From NCBI RefSeq assembly GCF_964355755.1, contig NC_092670.1, positions 33,468,388 to 33,532,387 of the forward strand: a stretch of 64,000 nt of DNA. Reading direction: 5' to 3'. The notes beneath the pieces were generated by a model. The model did not search any database and was not told the DNA's origin. It saw only the letters and a list, made by a program, of their open reading frames with translations. Shown here one piece after another: positions 34,701 to 45,144 of the stretch. Every line of letters starts with the position of its first letter. Within the stretch, counting starts at the first letter, position 1. The translations under genes and the position numbers were made by a program. This DNA is from Antedon mediterranea (Eukaryota; Animalia; Echinodermata).

Positions 34701-37195
34701 TTACAATTCCTTATACACGTAATAGGAGTTTGTGACAATGGAAACTGCAATTCAATGACCAATTTATTTAGCTTCTAATTGAACTAATGTTTTATAGTGT
34801 TTGATTATATTGCAGACATAGTGTTGCCCTGAAAAAATTATAGACCATTTTAATGTCACTTAATAACACTTAAAACAACAAATTGGACTATTCAATGTTT
34901 AATTTTATGTTTTGGTGGACAATACATTTTTAATGCTTTTTTTTCAGCGTTACAACTATATTGGTGGTGACGAACCTGTAGCAGATATGGCAAAGCTCTA
35001 CTGGCATTTTGACCGGACACAGGGCAGTGGTACGATGGGGATAATAATTACAGTCATCCTTTACTTATTTGTAATCTTCTTGGCCTGTGTAATCTTTTAC
35101 ATGTACTTTTTGAGGTAAGCATCTTGCGATTTCTTTATTCCAGGGTTCATTTATCCTAGGGTTCATTTCTTGCAACGTTATCATGTCTCTACTCAAAAGT
35201 GTATGGTGATTATAATTTGTAACCATAGCCATACAATTATCGACACACAACCATACAGTAGTTTTGGTGGTAGAACAAGTCTTCTTGTATTAGGACTTAA
35301 AATCTGAGGTTGAGTGTACACCTTGTACCGCTTGTGTGCACTTTAAAGAACCCAATACTCCAATCTTTTAGGGTAAAGGATCCATCTGAGCCCCTATTGC
35401 TATGGAGAGATGAATGGGCTGAATTGGACAACACCTTACTTCTCTCCTAAGGTTTCCTTTGTGTCGTTCAGATGCCGCCAAACAGCGATCTTTTGCTTGT
35501 CGAAAAGTTCACCCTAGATGTACACATGTTTTCACCCACATTAATATTCAATCAGTTAATTTTGTATTTTGAAAGTTATTTATGTTCCTCTGGATGATTT
35601 TATTTTCGTTTTTAATTTACATGTTCACAGACTCCATAATAATGGCCGCATGTTGGATGTGTACCATCGCCTCCATGCTAACAACGATGACTTCTTTGTG
35701 CCCTATGACCTCGAATTGAGTAACCAGGAATTGGCGTACATTTGCAAGAAGGCTGAGCAGTGGCGGGGTGAAGAGGGAGAAAGACGCAAGACTGCTGTTT
35801 ATGACTATATCTGGGAGGAGGAGCAAGTTAGTGTTGTTTATTGTGCATTAGTATACAACATTTGTCACTTAGTGGGGAACACAAATGCATTACTTTTTGT
35901 AGAATAAATGATTGAACAACATTATTTATTTGCTCATTTAGCTAGTTAAAAAAAATGTTACAGATAACAAAAGGTATGCTAGTTGATAAAAAAGTGAATT
36001 TTCTAGCGCTGCTCCAATTTCAATTATCAAACAAAAACTTATTTTAACCCACTTTGATCTGTTATTATTTGGATTATTAAAGATGCACAAACTATGTGTA
36101 AAAGTATATGTTTAGTGCACCTGCCAAATATAGCATATTTACTCCTCTGTACTGTAAAATCTTAAAATATTTCTACCCCTGAAATTTCAGAATGAGGAGA
36201 ATATGTGGGGGGAGAGGGACAACGAAACAAATCGGAAACCTTTTAAGGAAATCACCACACATATCTCTATCCATTCACTGCATCTGGATGGTTTGAGGGA
36301 GCTCTTTCGTCACTTCTTGCGTCTGCCAGATGGCGCTATTGTTGAGGTAAGAAAATATGTATAACCTATTGATCATTCATCTATTAAACTTAACTATATT
36401 AAACTCTTTACAATATAAAATAAACTATATAAATACATTTAAAGGAACTAATATTGGAAGACTCTTTTAATAAATTATATAAATGTGCGCAAAATAACTA
36501 AAAGAGTGGCAGAAGTACTCCAATTTTACTTTAGGTACTTGTCAGTCCACTCTTGAAGCATACTGCTAGGTAGGTAGCATAATTTTCATGAGAAGCACCA
36601 GTAGTTTCTGTTTAGCACTGCTGAAACTTTACTGCTCCCACTCTACATCTCTTGCTTAGAAAAGAATGACCCTTGACTTGTACTAATTTCTGTTGGTTAT
36701 TTTTAGGTTTTTGGTGAAATGGGAGTGGTTGGCATGGACAAAGATATGAAGACCGCCCTCATGAGGGGAACACAGGGTATAACCCAACTGATGGGATCAA
36801 CAACCAGTCTCAAAATGCCAACAAGACCAAAGACAGTTGGCAGACTTGGTTCACAAGACCTTGAAAATTTACCACCCATGACAGCTACAGGCCAACGACC
36901 TACAAGTGGTAGAAATCCTCTGGAGAAAACGCGCCCTCTAAGTGGTGTACGTCCCAGGAGTGGCACTCGTCCAATGAGCTCTACACGGCCATTAAGTGCA
37001 ACACGCCCACTAAGTGCAACACGCCCACTAAGTGCAACACGCCCACTAAGTGCAACACGCCCCATGACAGGTTCTCGGCCAACCAGCAGCAATCGACCTA
37101 AAAGTGGCAATCGTCCAACTAGTGGTAGCCAGCCAGCTGGATTAGTTGATAGACCAGCGTCTGCCAAACCTGAAGAAATCACATCTGCTGTATAA
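19664..37195 (+). CDS. OFCC1: OFCC1/ojoplano-like multi-pass membrane protein, about 1386 aa, 23 coding exons
   Basis: Exons 19664-19739, 20148-20186, 20614-20652, 20793-20858, 20952-21290, 21692-22030, 22418-22671, 23583-23744, 23981-24091, 25498-25639, 29164-29306, 30999-31168, 31584-31715, 32094-32242, 32472-32647, 32950-33150, 33368-33507, 33629-33847, 34255-34510, 34948-35114, 35631-35826, 36191-36346 and 36707-37195 give a 4161-nt open frame with consistent phases. The family call rests on recalled similarity (PQPVQVKLKCLRGVKDKLP, four TM helices, LHNNGRMLDVY, RHFLRLPDGAIVE) and was not searched. The N-terminal small exons are the least certain. Confidence 0.72.
19811..20135. repeat. 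Intronic tandem duplication, 2 copies, about 175-bp period
   Basis: tatttttcttcaagaaagcacttatt...aaactgattccttatcatattt occurs twice, near 19812 and 19986. Confidence 0.8.
20148..20186 (+). CDS. OFCC1-like 39-nt microexon (EDNFPDELGVAGG)
   Basis: AG/GT bounded, phase 1-1. Confidence 0.6.
20614..20652 (+). CDS. OFCC1-like 39-nt microexon (DESVAVQLGLDDE)
   Basis: AG/GT bounded, phase 1-1. Confidence 0.6.
20793..20858 (+). CDS. OFCC1-like 66-nt exon (EFTHKIPQRETAVIQDTKYISR)
   Basis: AG/GT bounded, phase 1-1. Confidence 0.6.
20952..21290 (+). CDS. OFCC1-like low-complexity exon
   Basis: ORF 20936-21298, |gtaagt donor, 339 nt, phase 1-1. Confidence 0.75.
21692..22030 (+). CDS. OFCC1-like exon with 18-bp TPxRxG repeats
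   Basis: ORF 21730-22116, |gtaagt donor, 339 nt, phase 1-1. Confidence 0.8.
22418..22671 (+). CDS. OFCC1-like exon (EPPNKDLP...LEEVQ)
   Basis: ORF 22456-22767, AG/GT bounded. Confidence 0.85.
22708..23222. mobile_element. Harbinger-like MITE
   Basis: TIRs of about 50 bp (agggagttttcgcaaccttacgaatacg / cgtattcgtaagattgcgaaaactccct), 3-bp TSD AAT. Confidence 0.85.
23319..23427. mobile_element. Small Tourist-like MITE
   Basis: TIRs agctctgtctatacta / tagtgtagacagagct, TTA TSD. A related partial copy lies at about 21305-21430. Confidence 0.75.
23583..23744 (+). CDS. OFCC1-like coiled-coil exon (EEERRLRDEH...ARRE)
   Basis: AG/GT bounded, 162 nt, open frame. Confidence 0.88.
23981..24091 (+). 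CDS. OFCC1-like exon (ELGLQKERL...KGEVK)
   Basis: AG/GT bounded, 111 nt. Confidence 0.88.
24665..24868. mobile_element. Tourist-like MITE, copy of 11340-11538
   Basis: Same TIRs, TAA TSD. Confidence 0.85.
24872..25046. mobile_element. Tourist-like MITE abutting the previous one
   Basis: TIRs agaccaatttacac / gtgtaaattggcct. A partial relative lies at about 4380-4438. Confidence 0.7.
25498..25639 (+). CDS. OFCC1-like exon (TMYGDL...KDKLP)
   Basis: AG/GT bounded, 142 nt. Confidence 0.9.
25877..29058 (-). mobile_element. Two nested Helentron-like elements (outer 25877-29058, inner about 27410-29001)
   Basis: Two 3' ends (ctag + aactcgtca-ctt-tgacgagtt at 25877; ttag + hairpin at 27410) and two 5' hairpins (28969-28999 and 29029-29056). 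Reverse-complement homology to 1590-2814. Confidence 0.8.
29164..29306 (+). CDS. OFCC1-like exon (GGRYVLMTSMYNRLGG...DVEMT)
   Basis: AG/GT bounded, 143 nt. Confidence 0.9.
29607..30149. mobile_element. Kolobok-like non-autonomous element
   Basis: TTAA TSD, TIRs agatgtattgtccctt / aagggacaatacagct. Confidence 0.7.
30329..30954. mobile_element. Kolobok-like non-autonomous element
   Basis: TTAA TSD, TIRs agaccccttccct / agggaatggggct. A partial copy lies at about 20282-20565. Confidence 0.7.
30999..31168 (+). CDS. OFCC1-like exon, C2-like core (IDQSVFTVCP...FELFLL...VAWGVFPI)
   Basis: AG/GT bounded, 170 nt. Confidence 0.9.
31584..31715 (+). CDS. OFCC1-like exon (YKAPMLRGE...VKLPR)
   Basis: AG/GT bounded, 132 nt. 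Confidence 0.9.
32094..32242 (+). CDS. OFCC1-like exon (YLAGQKEYEIEL...SEA)
   Basis: AG/GT bounded, 149 nt. Confidence 0.88.
32472..32647 (+). CDS. OFCC1-like Ser-rich exon
   Basis: AG/GT bounded, 176 nt, restores phase. Confidence 0.82.
32950..33150 (+). CDS. OFCC1-like exon (FDDDTASL...GLYYK)
   Basis: AG/GT bounded, 201 nt. Confidence 0.87.
33368..33507 (+). CDS. OFCC1-like exon (KHSHPPA...HSFGVQ)
   Basis: AG/GT bounded, 140 nt. Confidence 0.87.
33629..33847 (+). CDS. OFCC1-like exon with TM1
   Basis: AG/GT bounded, 219 nt, FWVLLLMFCLIYFLRVYLHY. Confidence 0.9.
34255..34510 (+). CDS. OFCC1-like exon with TM2-TM3
   Basis: AG/GT bounded, 256 nt, two hydrophobic segments. Confidence 0.9.
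34948..35114 (+). CDS. OFCC1-like exon with TM4
   Basis: AG/GT bounded, 167 nt, GIIITVILYLFVIFLACVIFYMYFL. Confidence 0.9.
35631..35826 (+). CDS. OFCC1-like exon (LHNNGRMLDVY...WEEEQ)
   Basis: AG/GT bounded, 196 nt. Confidence 0.9.
36191..36346 (+). CDS. OFCC1-like exon (NEENMW...LPDGAIVE)
   Basis: AG/GT bounded, 156 nt. Confidence 0.9.
36707..37195 (+). CDS. OFCC1-like last exon with RPxS/T hexapeptide repeats
   Basis: tttttag| acceptor, ORF 36719-37195, TAA stop. AATAAA candidates near 38036 and 38134. Confidence 0.88.
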   Translation, partial: VFGEMGVVGMDKDMKTALMRGTQGITQLMGSTTSLKMPTRPKTVGRLGSQDLENLPPMTATGQRPTSGRNPLEKTRPLSGVRPRSGTRPMSSTRPLSATRPLSATRPLSATRPLSATRPMTGSRPTSSNRPKSGNRPTSGSQPAGLVDRPASAKPEEITSAV

Positions 37196-40100
37196 GAAAA
37201 CGATTACTTTGCAGAGCAATTACATTGAGAATGTATAATTGTGTAATTAATCATTTTTAGACAGTTTAAATTATTGCTTTTAATTATATTTGTATTGATT
37301 TAAATAATAATGGAACATACACTGATGGTAAATTACACTTCTTTTTAAAAATATTTGTACATTTCTTAGTTTTATGTACTGTAGTGTTGATTACTACAAT
37401 CAAATTACATTTTCTTTAAAAATACATAGTATATTAAAGCGGAGGCAATATTAATATTGTTTATTTTTAGAATTAAATAGATATTTAAAAACACTAAGAT
37501 TAAGTACTTATATTTTAATATATTGACAAGAACCTTCAGGTTTACTATACGGTTTTAAAAAAGATATTTTTGAGATAAATTTTTACTTTAATTTTAATTG
37601 ATAGTAAAATGGTTGTTGAAACAAACTTCATTAATATTTTAGTAGCTTAGAATGTTTGCTGTATAATTAGTGTTTTGGTAGAACAGCACTAAAAAAGGTT
37701 TTGGCAATATTTTAAGTACTTTTAAAGCACGCTTGAAACAATTTGCAAAATAAAAATAATAATATTTTTATACAATTTAAAAATTTAGGATAATAAGTGA
37801 AAACAAAATTGTTTATTTTTAATATATCATTTATGGAAATGACTAATCACGTTTACATTGTTTTAAATTTAAAATTTCAATAATTAATAACAAATTTAGA
37901 GTTTGATAATGTGCGGTGACTTTATTTGGCTCAAATTGTAAATAATTTGCAAAGTTTCTTAATGTGAAATAATTTATTCGTACTTATTTCTTGTCTGTAA
38001 AGACAACATTTTGTACATTTTTTTGTTTGGGTGCCAATAAAGGGTGGATGGAAAGATAGGTATTTATTTAATATGTGAGGGTCCCTAATGATCAGCTTTA
38101 GTTGAATGGACCACCCTCGTAAAATATTGTATAAATAAACACTTCACTGGCACAACAATTTATTATATACATGAGAACCAATATGAATTAACTTCAGTGT
38201 CACCTTGATTTTTTTTTTTTTTTTGATGAGGATATATTTTTTATTAATATTAATTTAACTTAAAACCTTGAAAAAAACATTCCATAACTGTGTACTTTCA
38301 TTCAGTAGTCTTCTATATATACATTAAGATGATTAGTGATTAAACACCATAGGCCTTGAGTCTATAATGATTACTTATCCGTCCATGTGTGATATGTACT
38401 GGTATTACAATATGTTGAGACATTTAATTAATTTAACATCTTTGTCACTGCTTATAAATGTTAGCTTGTATCTTTAGTTTTGTCATCAATAAATTACATT
38501 TCCGTCCATGTGTTTATACATGTACTTGTGTTATAGTATGTCGAGATATAATTTTATCAAAACAATATAATATATTTTTATGTAATATCAATGCTTATAC
38601 TTTTTTTTTCAAAATTGTCATATTTTTATATTTATAGCATACATAACACACAGGATTGTATAATGTCCATTTCAAACATAGAAGGAACAATGAAAAAAAC
38701 TAATGATATTTTTATAAATAGAATAGTTTTAAAATTGGTATAAAGAAGGTGAAATATTCCAAAGATAAGATGCCTAACCATATTTTAAGCTTTCCTTTTT
38801 GACTTGAAGATGAATTTTAATAAACAGTTCTTTTTTTTTTCTTTCGTGGGGGTCACCCACATTTATTCATTCCTTTTACAAATATATATTATAGTATACG
38901 TACATTTTTGTAAAAATATAAAACAATAAAATTCAATAGAGTAGTTAAAAAGGCACTATATCTATACATGTACATAAAATCGATGGAATAAAAGTATGCT
39001 TTAAAAACGTACATTTTATGTTTATTGCAAGTTATAGTAAAAGTACAACTATTTTCATTTAAATGTACTTTATATTAGGAAATGTATTAAAAGTAGCTGT
39101 TTCTTTTATTATATTTTAAATCAGTACTCACAATTTGTATGTTTCTTTTTTTTCTTTTGACCTTATATTACATCCATTACAAATATATACACCCATACAC
39201 ACATTGATAGACCTACAGGTATTTACATTCACGAATCAGTTTAACATAGTTATTATAAACACATTATATGCTACTTTTTATGTTTTGGCCTTGTATAACA
39301 TTTGTTTCATTCCATGCCACTATTTCTAAACCTTAAAATTCTGTTCTTACTGTGTTGACCATTTACATTTGTTTGACCGTGTGTTTCAGTCTATGTTTTA
39401 CCCTAATACATTTATTTCTATCATATATTAGTTTTAGTATCATGGAGTTTGTTAGTTTATAATGTATGGCCTTATTATAGGTATGGCTTTATGTTTATCA
39501 GATGTACTGTATTACACTTATGTGTTCTGCCTAAAATTAATTCAATTGAATTATTACATTCTTAATAATTTCATAGTAACTACTAGTACAGTTTTGATTT
39601 CCATTGTACCTTTAGTATTGAATGCTTATATAATATATACACTACAACCTGTATTAGTTTTTATATTTTCCTTATTTTATGAATTCTAATAATTTAATTT
39701 TAACATTCCATTTTGTAACTGCTTTATACTGATTACATGCATATTCATTTTCTATAAGAATTTTTAATTCAAACTTAAACATATTCAAGATACTTTTTGA
39801 TTCGTTACCCATCCTGTTATCTAATAAACAAAGCATTATGCGGGATTTGTAGAGACAAAACGTAAAGATAGATGTTAATAAACAGTTCTATTAATAATTA
39901 ATAAGTCAAATAATATGAGATAACAAATGTTATTCCGTCCATTTATTTAATAATTGTTATATATAATAATTTAATTATTGTTGTACTATGTATTTTAAGA
40001 TAACTTCACAATTAGGTTTTCTCTACTACTCTCTGTTTACACTAGAATTAAATTCTCATTTGAGCTAAAAAATGTTCTGTTACTATTTATTGTTTAATTG

Positions 40101-40207
40101 TTATATATAATATCTTTTACAAGATTCCACCGTGTGAAAGCTGGCTTCACTTTTTTTTTCTGAAAATGGTTTTCTGTAATTAAGAAAATATTGAAAACAA
40201 AATGAAA

Positions 40208-43200
40208 CTAGATTTAATTCGTCACTATGACGAATTATAGGTTATATGCATTGATTTAAATAAAGATAATTGATTTTTAAAAGATATATTGATTGATTGA
40301 TTTTCTCAGAATCTTTAATTATTTATAATATATGATAGGACCTTGCTAACGCGAACACCATAGCCGGTATCACAATCCGATCAAAGATCCCTCTGCGTAT
40401 AATGTCATAAACCGAATTTGTTGTTACATAATAATAAAGACATAAAGTAACTTTTTATCTAGATTTCATTATAAATCATGTGTATAATCTATACACTAAG
40501 AAATAAATTTGAACAATACGGATAATAAAAAAAAAAATCTTATTTCGTTTCCCAAGGTGAGACTCGAACTTGGTACCTTGAATGCCATTGACACGAGCAC
40601 AGACCATCGAGCCATACACAACTGACTAAAAGTTGGAGAAAAATTCCTCCGTGTATTTACTATGCAGTAACCACTTTGGTGCAGATAGATTATTACATAC
40701 CGCAATGAATTATAATGTTTTACTATGATGACATCTTTAAAAATTTAAAAAAATGATGCACTGTCAAACTATATACTTTTAACTTTAATATATGAACTTC
40801 TTAAGGAAGAAAGTTAACGTTAAGTTTGTTATTTTGGCCTAAGAAAATGTTATAATTTGTTTGATTGTCGAAATTAATTTTGTTAAATTTAATATGCCAT
40901 TAATGATGACTTAATCAACTTTTGTTCTTCTAATTTCATAATAAATCATACATATGATACATACACTTCAAGAAAATTAAATAAAAAATAGGTGTTCCCG
41001 AGCATTCTAACGATATATATTAATTTTAAAATTTAGCATATTTTCACCATTTTGTTAACCTACACGTGCGTAGCCCGTCACTTTTGACTTGCTCGTATAA
41101 CGCTGTTTCGCCTTGAAAAGTGAATAAAATATGATGATATTATTAAAGAAAGGTTATACAACAGTAATCGGATACAAACAGTGCGCAGTAACGTTTGACG
41201 CGCAGTGCGCGTGCAAAAATCTGCGCACTCATGGCAATTTTTTAAACGCTTAAAATTGCCTGAAACGTACTCTAATTTCATCGAAAATAAATTCTGACAA
41301 TTTTCAACATTTTAAGCGCGCGCACGCATGCGTTATATGCGCTACGCACGTAATTGTATTGCCATATGATGAAATATGACCTGAAATTTATGAGTACCAA
41401 ATTTTGTTTAAAAGTGATTCATGTTTGTGAAGATATGATTACAAACGTGATTTTGTTAAATCGCGCGTAGACCGCGTAATTTTTGATTGCGCATCGTGAA
41501 AACATAACCACATCGATTCCTGGCCATAAGGAATACACTCTGAAAAATTGACTTAGATAGATGAAACTGATGCCAAGATAATTCACGGACAAATAGTGCT
41601 AAGGAAAGAATAAATAAACTAGATCTAAACTCGTCACTTGAGGACGAGTTTGGTTATCCGCCCGCAACAAAACGTATCTTGCGTATTCAAGTACTTCTCA
41701 GTTATGACTTTTCCAAAAAAAGGTAGCCTATTCAAAATTAAAACTGCCATTTCAGTGTAATAACCAAATAAATCTTTTTTAATTAATTGCTTTCCCGTGA
41801 TGGGATTCGAATCCGGTACCTCTGATACCAAAGTCGGTTGCACTACACATCGAGCCATATGAGCACCTGCTGAAGAAAATCCGAAGAAAGAGTCTTCGTT
41901 CATTCGGTATGTCGTGAATCCCCTCGATGCAAGTTGATTATTACATATCAAACTTAAATCATACATTTTACTATGATGAAATCTTCACAAATTTTAAACA
42001 GTGACATATTAGCAAAGTGCATACTTTCAAGTTTTATATATCAACATGTAAAGAAAAAAGATAAGCGTTATGTTTATTGTTTTGCTCTTTGAATATGTTT
42101 ATGTTTGTTTGATGATAATTATTTCAAAAATTACATTTAATATGCAAATAATGTAGCCATCAAACACTTTTTAACATTCAAGACTATAATAAATCACACC
42201 TATGATTCATCCACTGCAAGAAAATAAAATAAAAAATGGGGCTAACCTTGCATTCTGATGAACTGTTTCATTTTTAAAAGTAGACATATTTTGCAACATT
42301 TTCACAATTTGTTGACGTTTTCGTGCGCAACCTGTCATGTTTAACGTGCTCGTAGAACGCCATTTCATGTTGAAAAGTGAATAAAATAACGTAAAATTGT
42401 TAACCGAAGATTTAAAAACACAAATCGTGTAAAAGAAATGCTCAAACGTGTTCCCTGCGCCGTGCGCGCGTAAAAATGTGCGCACCAGTGGTAATTTTTT
42501 AAACGCTTAAAATGACCTGAATCGTGCTCTAATTTAATCAGAAATTGATTTGAAGCATTTTAAAATTTCAAACGCCATTTACGCGCGCACTTTCTAATGT
42601 TACAAATTGCGGTAGCGTTAAAAAAGTTAACTATTGATGTGAAGCAAACGTGGCTGAAAATGACGTTAAAAAATATTCATTTGTTTCGAAGTTATAACCG
42701 ATTTAAGATTTTCAGAAAATCACGCGTAACTTACGTTACGCGGCTCTGACATCGTCAAAAAGCTTGGCTGGACAACTTCAGTAAAATGTCTAAATGCTGA
42801 ACAAGTTACAACATATTATGTTTACACGTTGAAGAGAAACAGCGTGCACAAAATAAGAAGAGTAAAATATTTCAAACTCAATTTACGCGAAAACTTTCTA
42901 ATCTCCAAAAATTTGTTAAACATTCCAAAAGTTAGCCATTGATGTGAAGAAAACGTGGCTGAAAATTTCGTTAAAAAATATTTATCGGTTTCGAAGTTAT
43001 GACCGATTTAAGATTTTCAGAAAATCGCGCGTGACTTACGCTACGCGGATCTGACAGCGTCCAAAAGCTTGGCTGAACATCTTCAGTTAAATGTCTAAAT
43101 GTTGACCAAGTTACAACATGTTATGTTAACACGTTGAAGAGAAAACGCGTGCACAAAATCTGAGAAAGAAAGAAGAATAATAAAAAAAAAAAAAAGTAAC

Positions 43201-43242
43201 ACTACAATAACAAATGCTTATCCGCTTGAGGCGGATAACCAA

Positions 43243-43273
<31 letters not shown>

Positions 43274-43324
43274 AGATTTTGACAGAATCAAGAGGTTATA
43301 TGCATATCATGCATATAACCTAAT
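40208..43324 (-). mobile_element. Two nested Helentron-like elements (outer 40208-43324, inner 41619-43243)
   Basis: ctag + hairpin + ATIR at 40208 and at 41619; 5' hairpins at about 43216-43240 and 43293-43321. Shared CG-rich core; the inner copy has an internal tandem duplication of about 305 bp. Confidence 0.78.
43241..43273. repeat. (AAAT)n microsatellite
   Basis: Direct observation. Confidence 0.9.
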
Positions 43325-44760
43325 AATGTTAATATTTTAGAGCATGCCCTCAACTTTGAACAGTCTGTTCAGACACAATCAAATGGTATCTGTCATTAGT
43401 AGTGGTATCATTCACCTAGTGTGTCATCATTAATGTACTTTATAGAACATGGTTGCTTTATACTAAATGATAAGGTAAGTTTATTTACCAACTGTTAGTT
43501 ACTGTTTAGCTATTATGTTTGTACATAACATGTGTTAGGCTTACATTTTAAGACCTTCTACTGACCTACTACTGTCTTAGAAAGGAAATGAATTTCTACT
43601 AGTCAGAGTGGAATACCATCTGTGAGGATTATAAAATAAGCCTATACCTATGATATCCCAGTTTAATATAGGCCTACTATACGTATTTTGTTTGTGCATG
43701 TGTGATGTTAAATTAGCCTACGCATGAGTTACCCGGTATTCAATTTTACATACACGGGCCTATTATAGTCGCTTCATTGTGTTTGTAAAGGTAAAGGTAA
43801 AGGTATTCATATTTGTCCTCAAGCTTTACTGGAAACTGAGGAAATTCGGATTAGGCCCTCCACGGACCCACGGAAGCCAGCAGTAATTGATAGGAATATA
43901 AAAAGGGCCCAAGCCCATCATTTGAAATCAGCAAAATATGATTTTTTATTTTTTTCAAAACACTATTGTGTGGACTTGGGAACTTCTTATATTCAGGTAT
44001 TCAATTTACTTAAGATGGTTACCTATAGCCAAACTTTGACTTTGCCGATAACTAAAAAACACCAAACACCAAAATCGATCAATCACTAATAATAGGATTT
44101 GTTAAGCGTTTAGGAAACTAATCCGTGAACTTAAAAGCTACCAAATCCAGAGAAAAATCCACATAACTGCATTCCGTTCACCAGCAGTTTAAGGTGCACC
44201 GACCGACTAGTACATAACTCACAGTTATGTTAGCATCTAACTAGACTTTTCAAAAAATGGAATGTTTTCTGGCTCTGGATACGTACTCTAGTAAAGTGGT
44301 CTGTGTCGAAAAAATCCTAAAATTACATTTCTGTTTATATTTAATTTGGTACCACGATTTGTATCATCATTAAACAGTAAGGCACGTTCAATCTTTCTTT
44401 AATACACTGGGATACAAAAAAAGAAGACATTACAGCACACAATGTAAAAAAAGAAAACAAATACGTAATCAATTATCCTTCTCTGGCTGTAATTTGGTTG
44501 CCTCACGTTTATTAGCAGCAAATTTGTCCCGTTGTTTCTTAATAAATGATACTATCTGTTCTGTTTTGCATTATCTCTATGAAATACTAAATTTTCAGGA
44601 CTTTGTTGTGAAAGCCCATAAATTAATATGAGTCATATTATGGTTGGTGTAATATTGATATTTTAATATAACGCGTAAACGTCTCAATTATATGGAAAGA
44701 ATTAGTACCATGCTAATAAGCAAAACAAGTGTATCTTCATCAGTGTTATATTCTATCTAA

Positions 44761-45144
44761 AGCGTGGTTCCCACTAGCGACGCAACACAAGGACGTAACG
44801 CAACGCAAGTGAATTGACTAATCACAAGCGATGGCTTATTCGCTTGTGATTGCTAATGCCTGTTTCCCACTAGCGACGCAACGTAACGCAATCTACGCAA
44901 CGTAAGAGAATTCCCTTCCAACCATTGTGTTTTCCCCCGCCTGCGTGAAATCAAACCTGCGATTTTTACAGCACTGTTGCGTCGTCGGTTTCCACTTGCG
45001 ATTACGAAATACATCACTTTGCGTCGATACGTCGCTGCGTTACGTTGCGTTGCGTTCTAGTGGGAACCACGCTTAACTGTCTATAACTTCGCTTGTCATT
45101 GGTTAAAACGCTTGCGTTGCGTACGTTCTAGTTGGAACCAAGCT
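44761..45144. mobile_element. Nested Tourist-like MITEs (inner 44857-45073)
   Basis: Outer TIR agcgtggttcccactagcgacgc / ctagttggaaccaagct. The inner element has related TIRs and a TAA TSD on both sides. Confidence 0.8.

Noticed and set aside
36703-37182. 159-aa minus-strand ORF with GRVALS repeats
   Set aside because: Antisense shadow of the RPxS-repeat last exon; the repeat lacks stops on that strand.
37200-40200. Hydrophobic ORFs in the very AT-rich 3' UTR/intergenic region (e.g. 39135-39329, 39462-39689)
   Set aside because: Compositional artefacts with no splice structure or recognisable motif.
41793-41864. Functional tRNA gene (TGG loop, Pro-like)
   Set aside because: Acceptor and anticodon stems do not pair well and it lies inside a repeat. 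Reported only as a tRNA-like promoter relic.
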